A DNA stretch of 64,000 nucleotides. Origin: Bigelowiella natans CCMP2755 (Eukaryota > Protista > Cercozoa). Below, in pieces: positions 40,401-54,695 of this stretch (position 1 is the first letter of the stretch; each line of letters opens with the position of its first letter). A program made the position numbers and the translations under genes. The notes under the pieces are model-generated. The model did not search any database. It worked only from the letters and a program-made list of their open reading frames with translations, and was not told where the DNA came from. Location of the stretch: assembly GCA_000320545.1 (NCBI GenBank), contig ADNK01000060.1, positions 3,740 through 67,739 of the forward strand. The letters are read 5' to 3'.

Positions 40401-43400
40401 ATGTCTCCATCGGTATTAACCGCCTGACTTGGGCAAAGAAGGATTACATCAAAAAATTTGTTGGAGATTCGACCGATATGTGTCAGAACCTGTTCGATAC
40501 AGTCTCCATCTTCAAGGAGAATAATGAGAGCATCGATCGCATCTGTGCCCAAATCTCCAAGAGTGAGTTGATCAAACTCATTCCTAATAAGGTGTACTTC
40601 GACGAGGAGTTTAATCAGATTCAGCGCCATCACCACGTAGTCTTACAGAACCGTTTCCACAAGTGGCATGCAAAGATTAAGGAGACTTTAGAAGGTTCAT
40701 ACAAGTTCTTCGAGAATGTGCCGCTCCCTTCCGTGAAGAAGGAATGGGCGAAGTACATTCGTAAGATCGATAAGAAGCTGCTCGGGTCGTTCAAGAAGGC
40801 GGTTCGTAATAGCCTTACCAGACTCTCCCATCTTGTTAAAGTAAAGGAAAAGGCCGCGTCTGACAGGGAGATCCAACCTCTGTTCAAGATCTCAGTTCGC
40901 CTTGACCGAAAGGACATCGCATTTGAGCCATCGATGAACAGTCTGAAGAAGACCGTGAGGAGAGTGCAGAAAGAAGCAATAAAGTGCCTCGAGGTGTTCC
41001 CGAAGATGATGGAGTCGCTCGACTCAACCAAAGCCGTACGTTTAGCGGGCGTGCAATGGGGCGACGTTGAGTCGAAGGAAGGAGGCGAAGAGGGATCAGC
41101 TGAAGGAGGAGAAGAGAAGAAAGAGGAGGCGGATGAAAAATCAGATAAGAAGCCAACAACTTTCCATCAGGAGATTGTGAGCCATCCAAGCACCAAGGAG
41201 ATGCTCAAACGCACCGATCTAGGAATGCTAGAGACTCACGAGAAGATGGACGCACATGTGCAGAAGGAGTACAAACCCCACAGCAAAATCTGGAACACGG
41301 ACAAGAAGAAGTACGTGCGCAGTTGGGGCTCGACGAGACCTGGTCTCAAGGACTTCGTGCAGAATATCAAGATCTACGAGAACAAGAGCTCACAGTTTCA
41401 GCACTGGGACAATATAATTCATGTTGGTTTTGTACGCCTTGACATTAACGCAGTGAAGGCGTCGCTGATACAACAATGTGGTAATTGGAAGAAGGAGTTT
41501 ATCACGCTCCTACATAACGTTGCAAGTACCGAGTTGATGAACTTACAGGACTACTTCCAGCATAACTCTAGAGTGCTCAGGGAGCATCCAGAGAACCTAG
41601 TCGAGCTCAAAGATATGAATGATTTGCTTGCAAAAGTTAACAGTAATAAGGAGGCAACGCATCAGCGCTTCGAGCCACTGGAGTCTCAGTATCGTGCGAT
41701 GGAGAAATTTGGTAAACACGTGTCAGATGATGAGAAGGAGATGCTCGAGAGCCTGCGCTCCAACTGGACCGTCTTTACTGAAATGCTTGCTGCAACCGAA
41801 GAGCGCATGAAGCGTGTTAAGCAGAACTTCAAAAAGCAGCTCGAGGAGAGCCAGCAAAATTATTCGCGTGACATTGCACAAATGCGCAAGAACTTTGTCC
41901 AGTTTGCGCCATACAAATCTGATGTTGAAGCGGGACAAAAACCCGACGTCGCAAAGGCTATGCAGTTTCTTGAAAGAGAGAAAAAGGTATTGACGGACAT
42001 GGCTGCACGGGAGAAGTCGATGCAGGCTGGCATGCAACTATTCAAGCTAGACCGAATCGACTACCCAGAGATCAAGAACAATGAGAAGGAAATCAGGCTT
42101 CTGGAGAAACTATGGAGTTTGTACGAGAATTGGTTTCGGCATTACGACAGCTGGAAAGGTCTTGAATTTACCCAACTGGATCCAGAACAACTTGATCAAT
42201 TCTCTCGATTGAACCTGAATAAGCTCAAGAAGCTGTTCCAGCAGAATAAGCGTGTGCAGGGCTGGCAAGCTTGGTTCACTCTTGACGAGACTATCAAACA
42301 GTTTAAAAAGACCATGGGGCCGATCAACAATCTTAGAAACCCTGCAATAAGACAACGGCACTGGGACACCCTAAAGAAGGAGATTGGCAAATCTGACTTC
42401 GATCCTTATAGGTGGGTGTGTATGTGTGGTGATGGTGGTGGTTTCCAGAGAATGAATATCAACAGAAATAGTACGTAGAGTAGTATTTCTAAAGTGTAAG
42501 AGGGAGAATAATGTGCTCTTAGTTGCCAGTCAATGATGTCGTGTGATTGCTACGATTCTGATTGCATTCCTAGAAACCTGATCCATATATTCTTTTTATT
42601 CTACTACCATACAGTAAAGAGTTCACTCTCGGGACAGTGATCACGCTCGGTTTGCATAAGATCGAGGCCGAAGTCGCTAATTTAGCGTTGATTGCGATGA
42701 AGGAATTGGCGATGGAGGGAGCTCTTGGAGACATTGAAGGAGCTTGGGGCGAAACTGAACTTGAGATCATCGTGTAAGATAAATGAAATAACATAAAAAT
42801 AAAGAGTCTTGACATCTGACATACAATCTCAATAATTTTTCTTTCGTTTTGGTTCACACATCCTTTGTCTGCTATGTAGGTATAAAGCGGATTATTTCAA
42901 AATTATCGGTGTTGAAAATCTCAATGAAACACTCGAGAATCATCAATTACAGCTCTCGACAATGAAAAACTCTCCCTACTACGCCACCTTTGCCACTTCA
43001 ATAAACTTTTGGATGAAAACTCTCAACGACATCGTCGAATGTATGGACGCTGCATTGCTCGTTCAGCAGCAATGGATGTACCTCGAGAGTATTTTCAAAG
43101 GCTCAGATCATATTCGTAAACAGTTGCCTGAGGAAACCAAGTTGTTCGAAGGAGTGCATAGAGGCTGGCTTGACGTCATGGGTACAGCGAATCAGATCAA
43201 GAATGTGCAAAAGGTCTTCACACAACCTGGGCTAGTGAAAAGACTTGCGGCGTTCAATGCAGACCTCGAGAAGATCCAGAAGAATCTCGCACAATTTCTT
43301 GCCGGTAAAAGAAAGGCTTTCCCAAGGTTCTACTTTCTTTCAGATCAGGACTTGTTGGAAATCTTGGCCAATGCAAAAGACCCCTTGGCCGTTCAGCCTC

Positions 43401-46400
43401 ACATCAACAAACTCTTCGTCGGTATTCAGAAAATGGTTCTCAAAGAGAATAAGTTCAACGCCAAGAAATGGGATGCTGTGGGTATGACGTCCAAGGATAA
43501 GGAAGAAGTTGCATTTAATAGTCCATATCTCATCGATGGAGAGGTTGAGAACTGGCTCAAGGGCATCGAGGCCTGCCAGTGTGACACGCTTAGACGCCAG
43601 ACTAAGCTTGCCATGCACAAACTCCACAAGAACAAGAAGAACGCGCACAATCCTAGTGTGCTCAACTCATGGATCGATGGATTTCCGGGACAGATGCTCA
43701 TCACCACAGGCCAAATTCACTGGTCAATACGCTGCGAGGAATCTCTCGGTGCTGTTAAGGTAAGAAAGGAGATGCGAAACCTAAAGAAGGATTGGCAGGA
43801 ATATATGTTCTTCCTCGCCAAACAGATGACGGGGAAGATGAGCAAGACAAAGCGCAAAAAGATGTCAGCTCTCATCACCATCGAAGTCCATGCACGAGAG
43901 GTTATCTCAAAGCTGAAACAGCTTGCGAAGCAGGGAGCAGACGCCAACTCCTTCGACTGGAAGAAGCAACTTCGATTCTACTTTGATAGCTCTAACAAGG
44001 AGCACGAGGACGGTCAAGTCACTATTCAGCAAACTAACACACGGTTCAACTACTCATATGAATACCAAGGTAACCCCTTCCGCCTGGTTATCACACCGCT
44101 CACAGATCGTTGCTACATGACACTTACTACCGCATTGAGTTTGGCACGAGGTGGTTCTCCGATGGGCCCTGCTGGTACAGGGAAAACCGAAACAGTTAAA
44201 GACCTGGCAAAGAACATGGCCATCAACATCTACGTTTTCAACTGTTCAGATGAAATGTCAGTCGATGGATTGGCGCGTATCTATAAGGGACTCGCTCAGA
44301 GCGGTTCATGGGGCTGCTTCGATGAGTTCAACCGTATCTTGATTGAGGTTTTGTCCGTCATTGCCATGCAGATACAAGCGATTCTTAATGCAATCCGTGA
44401 CGAGTCTGAAACTTTTATGCTCCATGGAGAGATCATTCCTCTCGTCCCTACTGTCGGCATTTTCATTACTATGAACCCTGGCTACGCCGGCCGTACTGAA
44501 CTTCCTGAAAACCTTAAGGCGCTTTTCCGTCCTGTTGCTATGATGGTTCCAGACACAAGGCTTATCGCCGAGGTGATGATGCTTTCTCAGGGCTTTAAGG
44601 ATGCGCATGACCTGTCAGTAAAGATGGACACAATTTATGAACTGATGAAGATGCAGCTGTCCAAACAATCTCACTATGACTACGGTTTGCGTGCTATCAA
44701 TGCCGTGATCAAGTGCGCTCTGATGATCCGTGCTCGTGACCCAACGATGACCGAGCGCCTCATCGCCTACACTGCAATCCGTAATATGAATCTCTCTAAA
44801 ATGGTTTCGCAAGATAAGACTCTATTCGAAAACCTTCTCAATGATGCCTTTCCTGGTACTGAGCCTCCCAAAGAAGACCTTGGAGCTCTTACAAAGGAAA
44901 TTAGGAACCAGCTGAAGATTGCTAATCTCGACCCTTCTCCCGTTCTCATTCAAAAGGTCATCGAGACCTACATGGCGTTCAACACTCGACACGGCAATAT
45001 GCTTGTTGGAAACACGATGGGGGCTAAAACAACTGCATGGAAAATTCTCAAAGCCGCTCAGGACGCACTGTGGGAGAAAAAGATAGAAACTGACAAGTAC
45101 CAAGCAGTCGATGTGTACTTGCTAAATCCGAAGAGTATAACCAACCCAGAGATGTATGGCAATTACGATCTACAAACTAGAGAATGGACGGATGGTATCT
45201 TGTCCGTGAACATGCGTGAGGCGTGCACCAGCACTACCCCTAACCAGAAATGGATGTTGATGGATGGTCCCGTCGATACACTCTGGATTGAGTCGATGAA
45301 CACCGTGCTTGACGACAACAAGGTGCTCACCCTGGTCAACGGAGACCGTATCGCCCTGCCGCTGCAAGTGCGAATGGTGTTTGAGGTAGAGAATCTGGAC
45401 GTAGCTTCCCCTGCCACCGTGTCACGTGCGGGGATGGTGTACCTTCCAGACAAGGACCTCGGCTGGATGCCATATGTGCGCTCTTGGATCAAATTCGGCT
45501 GCAAGCCTATCGGTATCTTTAAGGCTGACGAGAAGCTGAGAGTGCAAGAAGGAATCGAAATTAAGGTAGTGGAACGTCCAGCAGCTGAACAGGAACTTCT
45601 CCAAGGCTTGGTAGAAAAGTACATGGACGAATGTCTCGAATACAAACGCCTTAATTGTAAAGAGGAGGTAACAGTAGGTGCATTCCCAGCCGTGAAGAGC
45701 TTCTGCAAGTTGTTCGACTCTCTCGCGACGAAGGAAAATGGCTGTGACATTGAACAGAAGACGGGCCCCAAGATGTTCCAGATGTGGTTTATGTACTGCA
45801 TTTGCTGGAGCATTGGCGGTGCACTTAGTGAGGCTGGCCGTGAAACATTCGATAAATTCTTCCGAGAAATCGCCGAGCCATCGTATCCCTCTATGGCGGG
45901 GAGCACGGTGTTTGAGTACTTCGTTGACGTGAAGAAACAGGATTGGTCGCTATGGCGCACACAGGTAGATAAAACCTGGAAACCAAAGCCTGGGACGAGC
46001 TTCTTCAACATCTATGTGCCCACCCTCGATACTGTGCGATACAAGTTTCTCGTAAATACAATGCTTAAGGATAGGCACTACCCTCTACTCGTTGGAAACA
46101 CGGGTACTGGTAAGACATGTTGTGCGGTGAACTGCCTCGGAGAGGGGAGCATCCTTCCCGAAGAGAAGGTGGTCACACTTACACTCAACTTCTCAGCTGC
46201 GACCTCGTCCATCGCAACGCAAACTACGCTCGAAACCAGACTTGAGAAGCGCCAGCGAGCTAACTTGGGCCCTGTCGGATCTAGGGAGCGGCTTCTTGTG
46301 TTCATTGACGATCTTAACATGCCGCGCAAGGATGAATATGGGTCCCAACCTCCAATTGAGTTGCTAAAGCAGTGGATGGATAATAAGTTCTGGTACGACC

Positions 46401-49400
46401 GAAAGAAGCAGGCCAAGAAAAACATCTTGGGCATGCAGATAATGGCTGCGATGGGTCCTCCGGGAGGTGCACGGTCAGTGATATCGACACGCTTCCAATC
46501 ACGTATGCATGTTATTAACTTCACGTTCCCTGACTGGGGTACTGTCGAGTACATTTTCAAGACAATGCTTTCTAACCACCTCTCAAGCTTTCCCAAGGAG
46601 ATCGCTTCAATGGCCGAGTCAGTTACCCAAGGAAGCTGTGAACTTTTTCAGCTCATGGCGGATAACTTCAAACCGACTCCTTCAAAGTGCCACTACGTCT
46701 TCAATCTTCGTGATATTGCTAAGGTCACTCAAGGCATCATGCAAATCTCAAAGTCCGAGTTGGAAACAACCAACTCAATGGTTGGCCTCTGGGTCCACGA
46801 AAGCATGCGCATATTCCATGACAGGCTTAACGATGACCCTGACCGCAAGAAGTTCCTTCAGATGTTGGGTCAAAAATTAGAGACGAAATTTGATACAAAT
46901 TGGGAGACTGTCTTTGGCGATGAGAATGTTATGCCTGTGTTTGGCCGCTTTTTGGGCGATCCTGATTATGGGGATGTAAAGGGTGGCGATGATGATGACG
47001 ACGCCGATCAAAACATTTTCTCTATTCAAAAATATCAAAACTTGACCAGGGATATGAAGGGGCTGAAGGATAAACTCTTAGAGCGGCTCGAGGCTTGCAA
47101 CGACGACCCAACAGCTGCTAAGCCGGGAAACTTGGTGCTATTCGACCAAGCAATCCGCCATATTAGCCGCATCTGCCGTGTCATCGCTCAGCCACGAGGA
47201 TGTGCGCTGCTTGTGGGTGTCGGTGGTAGCGGAAGGCAGTCCCTCTCCAAGCTATCTTCCTATGTCTGTGAGTTCAAAATCTTCCAAATCGAGACGACAC
47301 AACGCTACCGGCAGCAGGACTTCTATGAAGACCTCAAGTCATTGTACACAATGACTGGAGTCCAAAAAAAGCCGACAGCGTTTCTCTTCTCTGATACCCA
47401 GCTAATCGAGGAGAGCTTCCTAGAAGATATCAACAATATTCTAAACTCCGGTGAGGTTCCAGGGCTCTTTCCACCGGATGAGCTGGCGCCTGTGCTCGAG
47501 GATATTCGAAAGGATGCTGAGAAGGAAGGGCGCAAAACCACGCAAGAGTCCCTTTACTCTTATTTTATCGAGCGTGTCCGACAAAACCTGCATGTGTTAT
47601 TGTGCCTGTCGCCTGTAGGCGCTGCGTTTAGAAATCGATGCAGAATGTACCCTGCATTAATAAACTGCTGCACTATCAACTGGTTCCCACCATGGCCAGA
47701 GGAGGCCCTTACACAGGTCGCTCGCCAATATATGAACGATCCTGTTCTCAGTGAACTAAAACTTGACCAGAAGATTATTGACGTGCTGCCAAACGTCTTC
47801 TGTCAGCTCCACACCAGCGCAGCAGACCTCTCAACGAAAATGATGAACGAGATGAAGCGCGCCAACTACATCACACCTACCAAGTATCTTGACCTTGTGC
47901 AGACGTATAAGAAGCTCATTGCAGAAAAGACCACAGATATAGGTTCTTTAAAACAAAAGCTGGAAAACGGTTTAGGTAAATTAGAGGCTACTGCAAAGCA
48001 GGTTGCCGCCCTAGAGGTCACTCTGAAGGAGCAGGGAGTCATCGTGGACCGCGAGAAGGAAAAGTGTGATAAACTTAATGTACAAATTAAGAAGCAAGAG
48101 CAAGAGGCTTCAGCACAAAAGGCTAAGGTCCAAGAAGAATCGCTCAAGAGTAAAGACGATGTCGACAGGTGCGCTAAGTTGGAAGCTCGTGCGACGGTGG
48201 AGCTTGGTAAAGCAATGCCAGCTCTCGAAGCCGCGCAAGCTGCTTTAGACAAATTAGATAAGAAAGCGATTACGGAGGTTAAGTCTTACCCGAAGCCTCC
48301 TCCTATGGTGGAAAAGGTCATGAAGGGTGTCATGATCCTCCTGAAGAAAGACACTTCCTGGGCATCGTGTAAAAAGGAGATGAGCGCGGCCAACTTCCTC
48401 GAGAAGCTCAAGTCATACGACAAGGACAACATCTCTCCAAAGCTTTTATCTAAAATTAAGGCATTGAGGAAGGACGAAAACTTTACCCCGGTATTTGTAG
48501 GTAAGATTTCGCTTGCTGCAGGTGCGATGTGCGACTGGGTGTGCGCCATGGACTTGTACGCAGAGGTGTTCAAGAAGGTGAAACCTCTCAAGGAAAAGCT
48601 GGAGAGTGCACAGGAGGAGCTCAAGGTCAAACAAGCAGGATTGTTCAAGAAGCAAGAGGAGTTGCGCATAGTCGAAGAGAAAGTTGCCGAACTCCAACGC
48701 AACTTCCAGGCTGCCGAGAAGAAGAAAAACGACCTCCTCAACAAAAAGCAAGCTCTCGAATTAAAGAAGACACGTGCGATGAAGTTGATCAGTGGTCTCT
48801 CTGGCGAAAAGGTCCGTTGGCAGTCCAGTATCAAGGAATATTCAAAGGATATTATTCATCTTCCTGGAGACTGCGCTCTCGCTGCTTCCTTCGTTATCTA
48901 CGCTGGACCCTTCGATACCGTTTATAGAAGTCATTTGACCGAGCTCTGGCGAAAAGCACTCTCTCTCATGCCAGAGAATACATATTCTGAGCCGAAGGAT
49001 TCGTTCATCTGCGATTTTTTGTCCGAGCCCACTACGGTGCGTGACTGGAATATCTGGGGTCTTCCTGTCGATGCGTTCTCAACAGAGAACGGTGTCATTG
49101 TGAAGAGAACTTGTCGGTGGCCTCTTATGATAGATCCGCAGGAACAAGCTAAGAAATGGATTCTTAACATGGAGAAGAAAAACAAGCTTGCTGAGATCAA
49201 GGTTGGACAAAAGAACTTCATGCAACCGATAGAGACTGCTATTTCACTAGGACAGCCAGTGCTGCTTAAGGACATCGACGAATCAATCCCTTCATCGCTT
49301 GACCCTCTTCTGCGACGCACAGTTGATGACAAGACTCATACCATCTCTATAAATGACAAAGATCTCACCTACAGCCCCACTTTTATGCTGTATATTACCA

Positions 49401-52342
49401 CCAAGCTCTCAAATCCGCATTACTTACCGGAGACCTCGATCAAATCGACGCTTGTCAACTTCATGGTGAAACCAGAAGGATTGGAGGAACAGCTTCTGGG
49501 TATTGTTGTAAATAAGGAAAAGCCTGATCTCGAAGAGAAGAACACCCAGCTCGTTCTAGATATGGCTCAAAACAAGAAGACTCTCAAGGAACTTGAGGAC
49601 AAGATTCTAGATCTCCTCAAGAAGGCCGATGCTGCCACGATCCTTGACGATGAGCATCTCATCAACACTCTCGACACATCGAAGGTAACATCTGAGAAGG
49701 TCAAACACCAGATCAAGGTTGCAGAAGAAACTAGTAAAAAGATTAACGAAAGTCGTAACGAGTACCGCCCAGCCGCCATTCGCTCTTCCGTTCTCTACTT
49801 TGTATTAAATGACTTAGCGAGAATCGATCCGATGTATCAATTTTCTTTGCAATGGTACAACGATTTATTCAAGATGAGTATTGACGACTCTAAGCAGCAG
49901 AAGAAGAAGGGTAAAGGGCGCGGAAAGAGCAAGCAAAGTGTCAGCAAACGTCTCCGCGAGCTTAATAACTATCACACAGAGTCGGTTTATAAGACAGTTT
50001 GCCAGTCACTTTTTGAGCGTCACAAGCTGCTCTACTCATTCCAAATTTGCACTTCAATATTGAAGGAGGAAGGGAAGATCATCCCCGAGGAGTTCACCTT
50101 CTTCCTTCGAGGAGGAGTCGTTCTTGACCGAAAGGCTCGTGGAGCGAATCCGTGCAACGAGTGGCTCTCTGAAGAGGCATGGGATAATATCAGTGAGCTT
50201 GATAAGCTAAATCAGGTCTTTGCTGGCTTTTCCTCTGCTTTTGAGCAGCAGAGCAGTGAATGGCAGGAGTGGTATCAAAGCGATATGAAAGGTGGCGAGC
50301 CTCCCGAGAAACTTGATCTACCAGGCGAACTTCTTAGCCAGGGAAGCGATTATGAAAAGAAGTTCAGGAAAATGATGATAGTGCGCTGTTTGCGCCCTGA
50401 CCGTGTAAATTATGCTGTAACAAACTATGTAAGTAGCATCATGGGCGAGCAGTACGTACAGCCACCTTCATTTGATCTCTCAGAGACTTTCAACGCTTCA
50501 AAAACGTTCATGCCAGTGATTTTTGTACTCTCACCTGGATCCGACCCAACCCAGATGCTTAATGATCTTGCTCGTGAGCGCAAGATTAAGCTCGCTCAAG
50601 TGGCACTCGGGCAAGGACAAGCACCGATTGCAGAGAGGTTATTCACGGAGGGAGTCAGGGATGGCAACTGGGTGCTGCTAGCAAACTGTCACTTGTCAAT
50701 TAGATGGCTCCCAGTTTTAGAAAACATGGTCATGGCATTAAGAGAAAGGAAGGACGTTCATCCTGGGTTCAGACTTTGGTTGTCGTCGGATCCAACGCCT
50801 AAGTTCCCTATTGCTTTGCTTCAATCCTCGATTAAAATCACCACCGAGCCACCTAGAGGTCTCCGGTCTATTATGCAGCGAATGTATAATTTTATCCCCG
50901 AGGACAAGTTCAATAAGATGGACTCCAAAAAACCGCAGTCTGATGCTCTCTGCAACAAGCCAATTGCATACAAAAGCTTGCTCTTCGCTTTAACATTCTT
51001 TCATGCAGTATTGGTGGAGCGAAAGAAGTTCTTGACTCTTGGCTGGAATATCCCCTACGCATTCAACGACTCAGACTTTTTGGTGTGTGACAACCTGCTA
51101 CGGTATTACCTCAACGAGCAGGACCAGATGCCACTAGAGGCTCTCAAATATCTCATCGCTCAAGCGCTCTATGGTGGACGTGTCACTGACGAGATTGACC
51201 GCAGATTACTTGGAGTCTACATTGAACAGTACTTCACGATGAGCACTATTTCTGTTAAGAACTTCCACCTTTCGCAGGATCGAACACATTACCGCGTCCC
51301 TGTGCCGGCGAAGTATGATAGCTACATTAATTATATCAAAACCTTGCCTCCCCCAGGAGGAGATCCTCCAGAGGCATTCGGTCAGCATCCAAACGCTGAT
51401 ATTACTATGCAACAGGAAGGCGCAAAGCTGTTGCTTGACACGGTCATGTCATTGCAGCCGAGATCAAGCGGAGGTGAAGGCTCCTCGAGCGAGGACTTCG
51501 TCCTTAACTTGGCCAAGCAGCTAGAAGATCGCGTACCACCACTCTTCAACCTTGAGAAAGTTGAGAAAAAGTTTGCACATGACCAAAGCCCTCTTAAGAC
51601 CGTACTGCTCCAAGAGATTGAGCGTTACAATGTAATCCTGGCACTCGTAGAAAAGTCTCTTAAGGACTTACAGATGGGAATTAAGGGTCTTATAGTTATC
51701 TCTGCGGACCTTGAGGTAGTATTCGATTGCCTCTTGCAGAATAAGGTGCCACCATCCTGGAAGAGCGGTTACTATTCATTGAAACCGTTAGCCTCCTGGA
51801 TGACAGATCTCATTGAGCGTATCAAGCAGTTCGCTGTGTGGATCGCAAAGGGTGCGCCGAAGGTATTTTGGTTGTCTGGATTCACATTCCCAAATGGCTT
51901 CCTCACAGCACTCCTACAGACATCTGCAAGAGCAAATGGCGTGCCAATCGACTCACTAGGTTGGGAGTTCTTAGTTTCTAAGGAGGAAGAAAAGGCCATT
52001 CAGGTTCCTGCAAAGGATGGAGCGTACATTAAGGGTTTCTTCCTCGAAGGTGCACAGTGGGATTTGGAGAATTGGCACCTCGAGGAGCCTATGCCGATGC
52101 AGCTTTATGCACAAATGCCAATAATAAACTTTAAGCCCATAGATCAGAAAAAGGTTAAGGAGAAAGGCTTTTACTCCTGTCCGTGCTACCGTTACCCCAT
52201 TAGAACAGGGACGCGGGAAAATCCTTCGTATGTGTTGAACGTCAGGCTCAAGCTGCCTCCTGCAGCTCCTGGTTTCCTTAAGGGCACATCAGATTTTTGG
52301 ATTAAGCGCGGTACAGCTCTTCTCCTCTCGTTGGCAACGTAA
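37412..52342 (+). CDS. DNAH2: Axonemal inner-arm dynein heavy chain I1/f beta (DNAH2 / Chlamydomonas DHC10 type)
   Basis: Tail DLVQRLESTLLHWTKQIKEV...GPIEEIELW...DLSGI; FPRFYFLS; RLVITPLTDRCY; AAA1 GPAGTGKTETVKDL and WGCFDEFNRI; AAA3 GNTGTGKT; AAA4 GVGGSGRQSL; stalk/MTBD; C-terminus FWIKRGTALLLSLAT*. Six introns, all before 42880. Subfamily assigned from recalled DNAH2 motifs. Confidence 0.9.
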
Positions 52343-53642
52343 TAACCAATTTATATCTTCAAATTTACTAAGATTCTCTCGATCGATTTTTCAATTTGTC
52401 TACCGCATAGACAGGAACAACAGCAGTGTATTTAGTCATACATCAACACTGATTACTGCAGCAGATGTTACTATATATAGCTACGCACAAAATTTACATG
52501 CTTATGCGAATGCATACATGCTGCTGCTGCTGCTGCTGGCGCGTGCACGATGATGCAGCATATGTGTACGTAATCACAATGATAGCAATGCTTGCGCGTA
52601 GCACGGTGGGTCATCAGATACAAGTATCGAGCATTGATAATGGCGTAGCACATAATCATGGCACAAATCCGACTATAGCTGCGATACCATCTGCTAGCAC
52701 GTCATGCACGTTTAGACACACGCCACATACATCCACAGTCACATGTGTCGTACCTGCCACATGTGCACGACAGAGGCGTCCTAGCTACAATGCCGATATA
52801 CCTGCTAGCCTGGTGCGTACATGCTAGCATGCGCTAGTAGTACGTATATGATGACGACGGATGCATAAGCAATCATGTAAATTAAAATTGTTCAATGGAC
52901 AGCCATCCTCATTTAGCTGTGCAATGCAGCTAGCTAGGCAGCTACAGCACAGATGTAATTACATATAGCATTGCATGAGATCGAATTGATCGACATATCT
53001 AGATATGGTAAATAGTCGGGGTCACGTCACGTCAGTCCAACGGATGACTACGATACATTCTAGTATTGTGACGGTGTGCACTGTACTGCTTGCCCCAATC
53101 GATGACAGGGCGGGGTGACGACGAGCGCGTGAATGGCCAGCACATGCTAGCATGGCTATAATAAATGGTGCGCAGCACCATGTCACGTCGCTGTGTACGC
53201 AAGGCTAGAAGGCCTACGCACTTAAATATGCATTGCGAATGATGCTGCTGCAGGATGCGTAGGATCAAATAATTGCACGCACGCATGTGCGGCGGGAATT
53301 AGGGTTCTCATCGTAGCATACAGACTTAAGTCTACATGGCAGAGGATGATCATGCGTCTTGACGTTGCGTTAATGTGTTGTATGTTATGATGGCATTAGC
53401 GTGCAGCCTGATGTCACATTTGATTACAGATCGTTCCATTCATAGCATATGCACGCAACTAGCCATATAATTGAGACAGAATAATTTGTGCAAAGTAATG
53501 AATAATAAATAATGAATTATTCGACAGAAAATGGCATTTGAGCAAAGTGATAATCACAATTGATGACGCACTGCTTAGTGCTCGCGAATGTAGCTAACTG
53601 TAACATCATCATCATCATCTTCTTCTTCTTTATTATCTTATC

Positions 53643-54661
53643 TTATGCGAGAGCCTTTTCAACTTCATCCACATCATCAGGGGATCCAATGAACACAGGA
53701 CAACGCTGGTGAACCTACAAAATATTATAACAACATCCTCAGTATTAATTTTCAATGCCCAGCAAGACGTTGCATTCAACTAACTCATTCATATATTCAT
53801 TTTTTCATTATGCTTCAAATCGTCGTCGTCTATCTATCACCTTATCAGGAACTAAGTCCAACACACGTCCACCAGGTCCAGTAATAGATTTTCCACCCTA
53901 ATTCATGAAATAAGTAATCACGATGACGGTGATGACAAATTTCGGAGGATGAAAATTTAGTAGCAGGATTATTTGGAGGTGAAGGAGGGACGAGGTTGCA
54001 GACAAATACAAACTTCGCGTATTAAAGGGGGGGGCGATGAATATTTGTATTAACATAAAAATCAACCGCACCGCGGAAACTTATTATCAAAATGAATCCA
54101 TCATCATCATAACCATATTGATCATAATCATTATCATTAAGTATGAGCAGGAAGAGCATGAGCACCGCTTGTTCGAAGATAAGGGACATTGGAGCAGCTT
54201 CGTACAGAAGGCGAAGTTTTCCGTTGACGTTCTTCTTATCTCCAGGGTAAGCGAAGATGCCTCCATAGAGAAGGGTACGGTGCACATCTCCGACCTGTCA
54301 CAGAAACAATAACACCAACGAATCAATCAATCATGGAGAAGGAGTAACGAAGGATAGACAATCATATTTAGACAGACAGACCGACCGACTTTAGAGGAAA
54401 CATATGAATAGATTATGATTTGCAGAAAATATACCATGGATCCGATGTAGCGAGAGCTGTACTTTTCTCCAGTTTGACCTTCTCCCTTCTTAAGGTTATC
54501 AACGTAGGTCTGAAGCTTAGGGTCCCAATCGAAGTAGTTTGCTTCGTTCATAGAATAGATCTTTCCACGGCTAGGAATCTGTGACATCAATCATAGGAGT
54601 AAAGTCAGATATTCATATAATATTATATATTTACTGGCAGGTAATCGAGAAGAAAAAGGTG

Positions 54662-54695
<34 letters not shown>

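Noticed and set aside
37384-51999. Long antisense ORFs over the dynein gene (for example 45163-46011, 282 aa)
   Set aside because: Expected shadow ORFs from codon bias on the opposite strand.
4804-52342. Functional cluster of ciliary genes (DYNC2I1, CFAP418, DNAH2)
   Set aside because: They are interspersed with unrelated genes, and ciliary genes are numerous enough for three in 64 kb to be chance.
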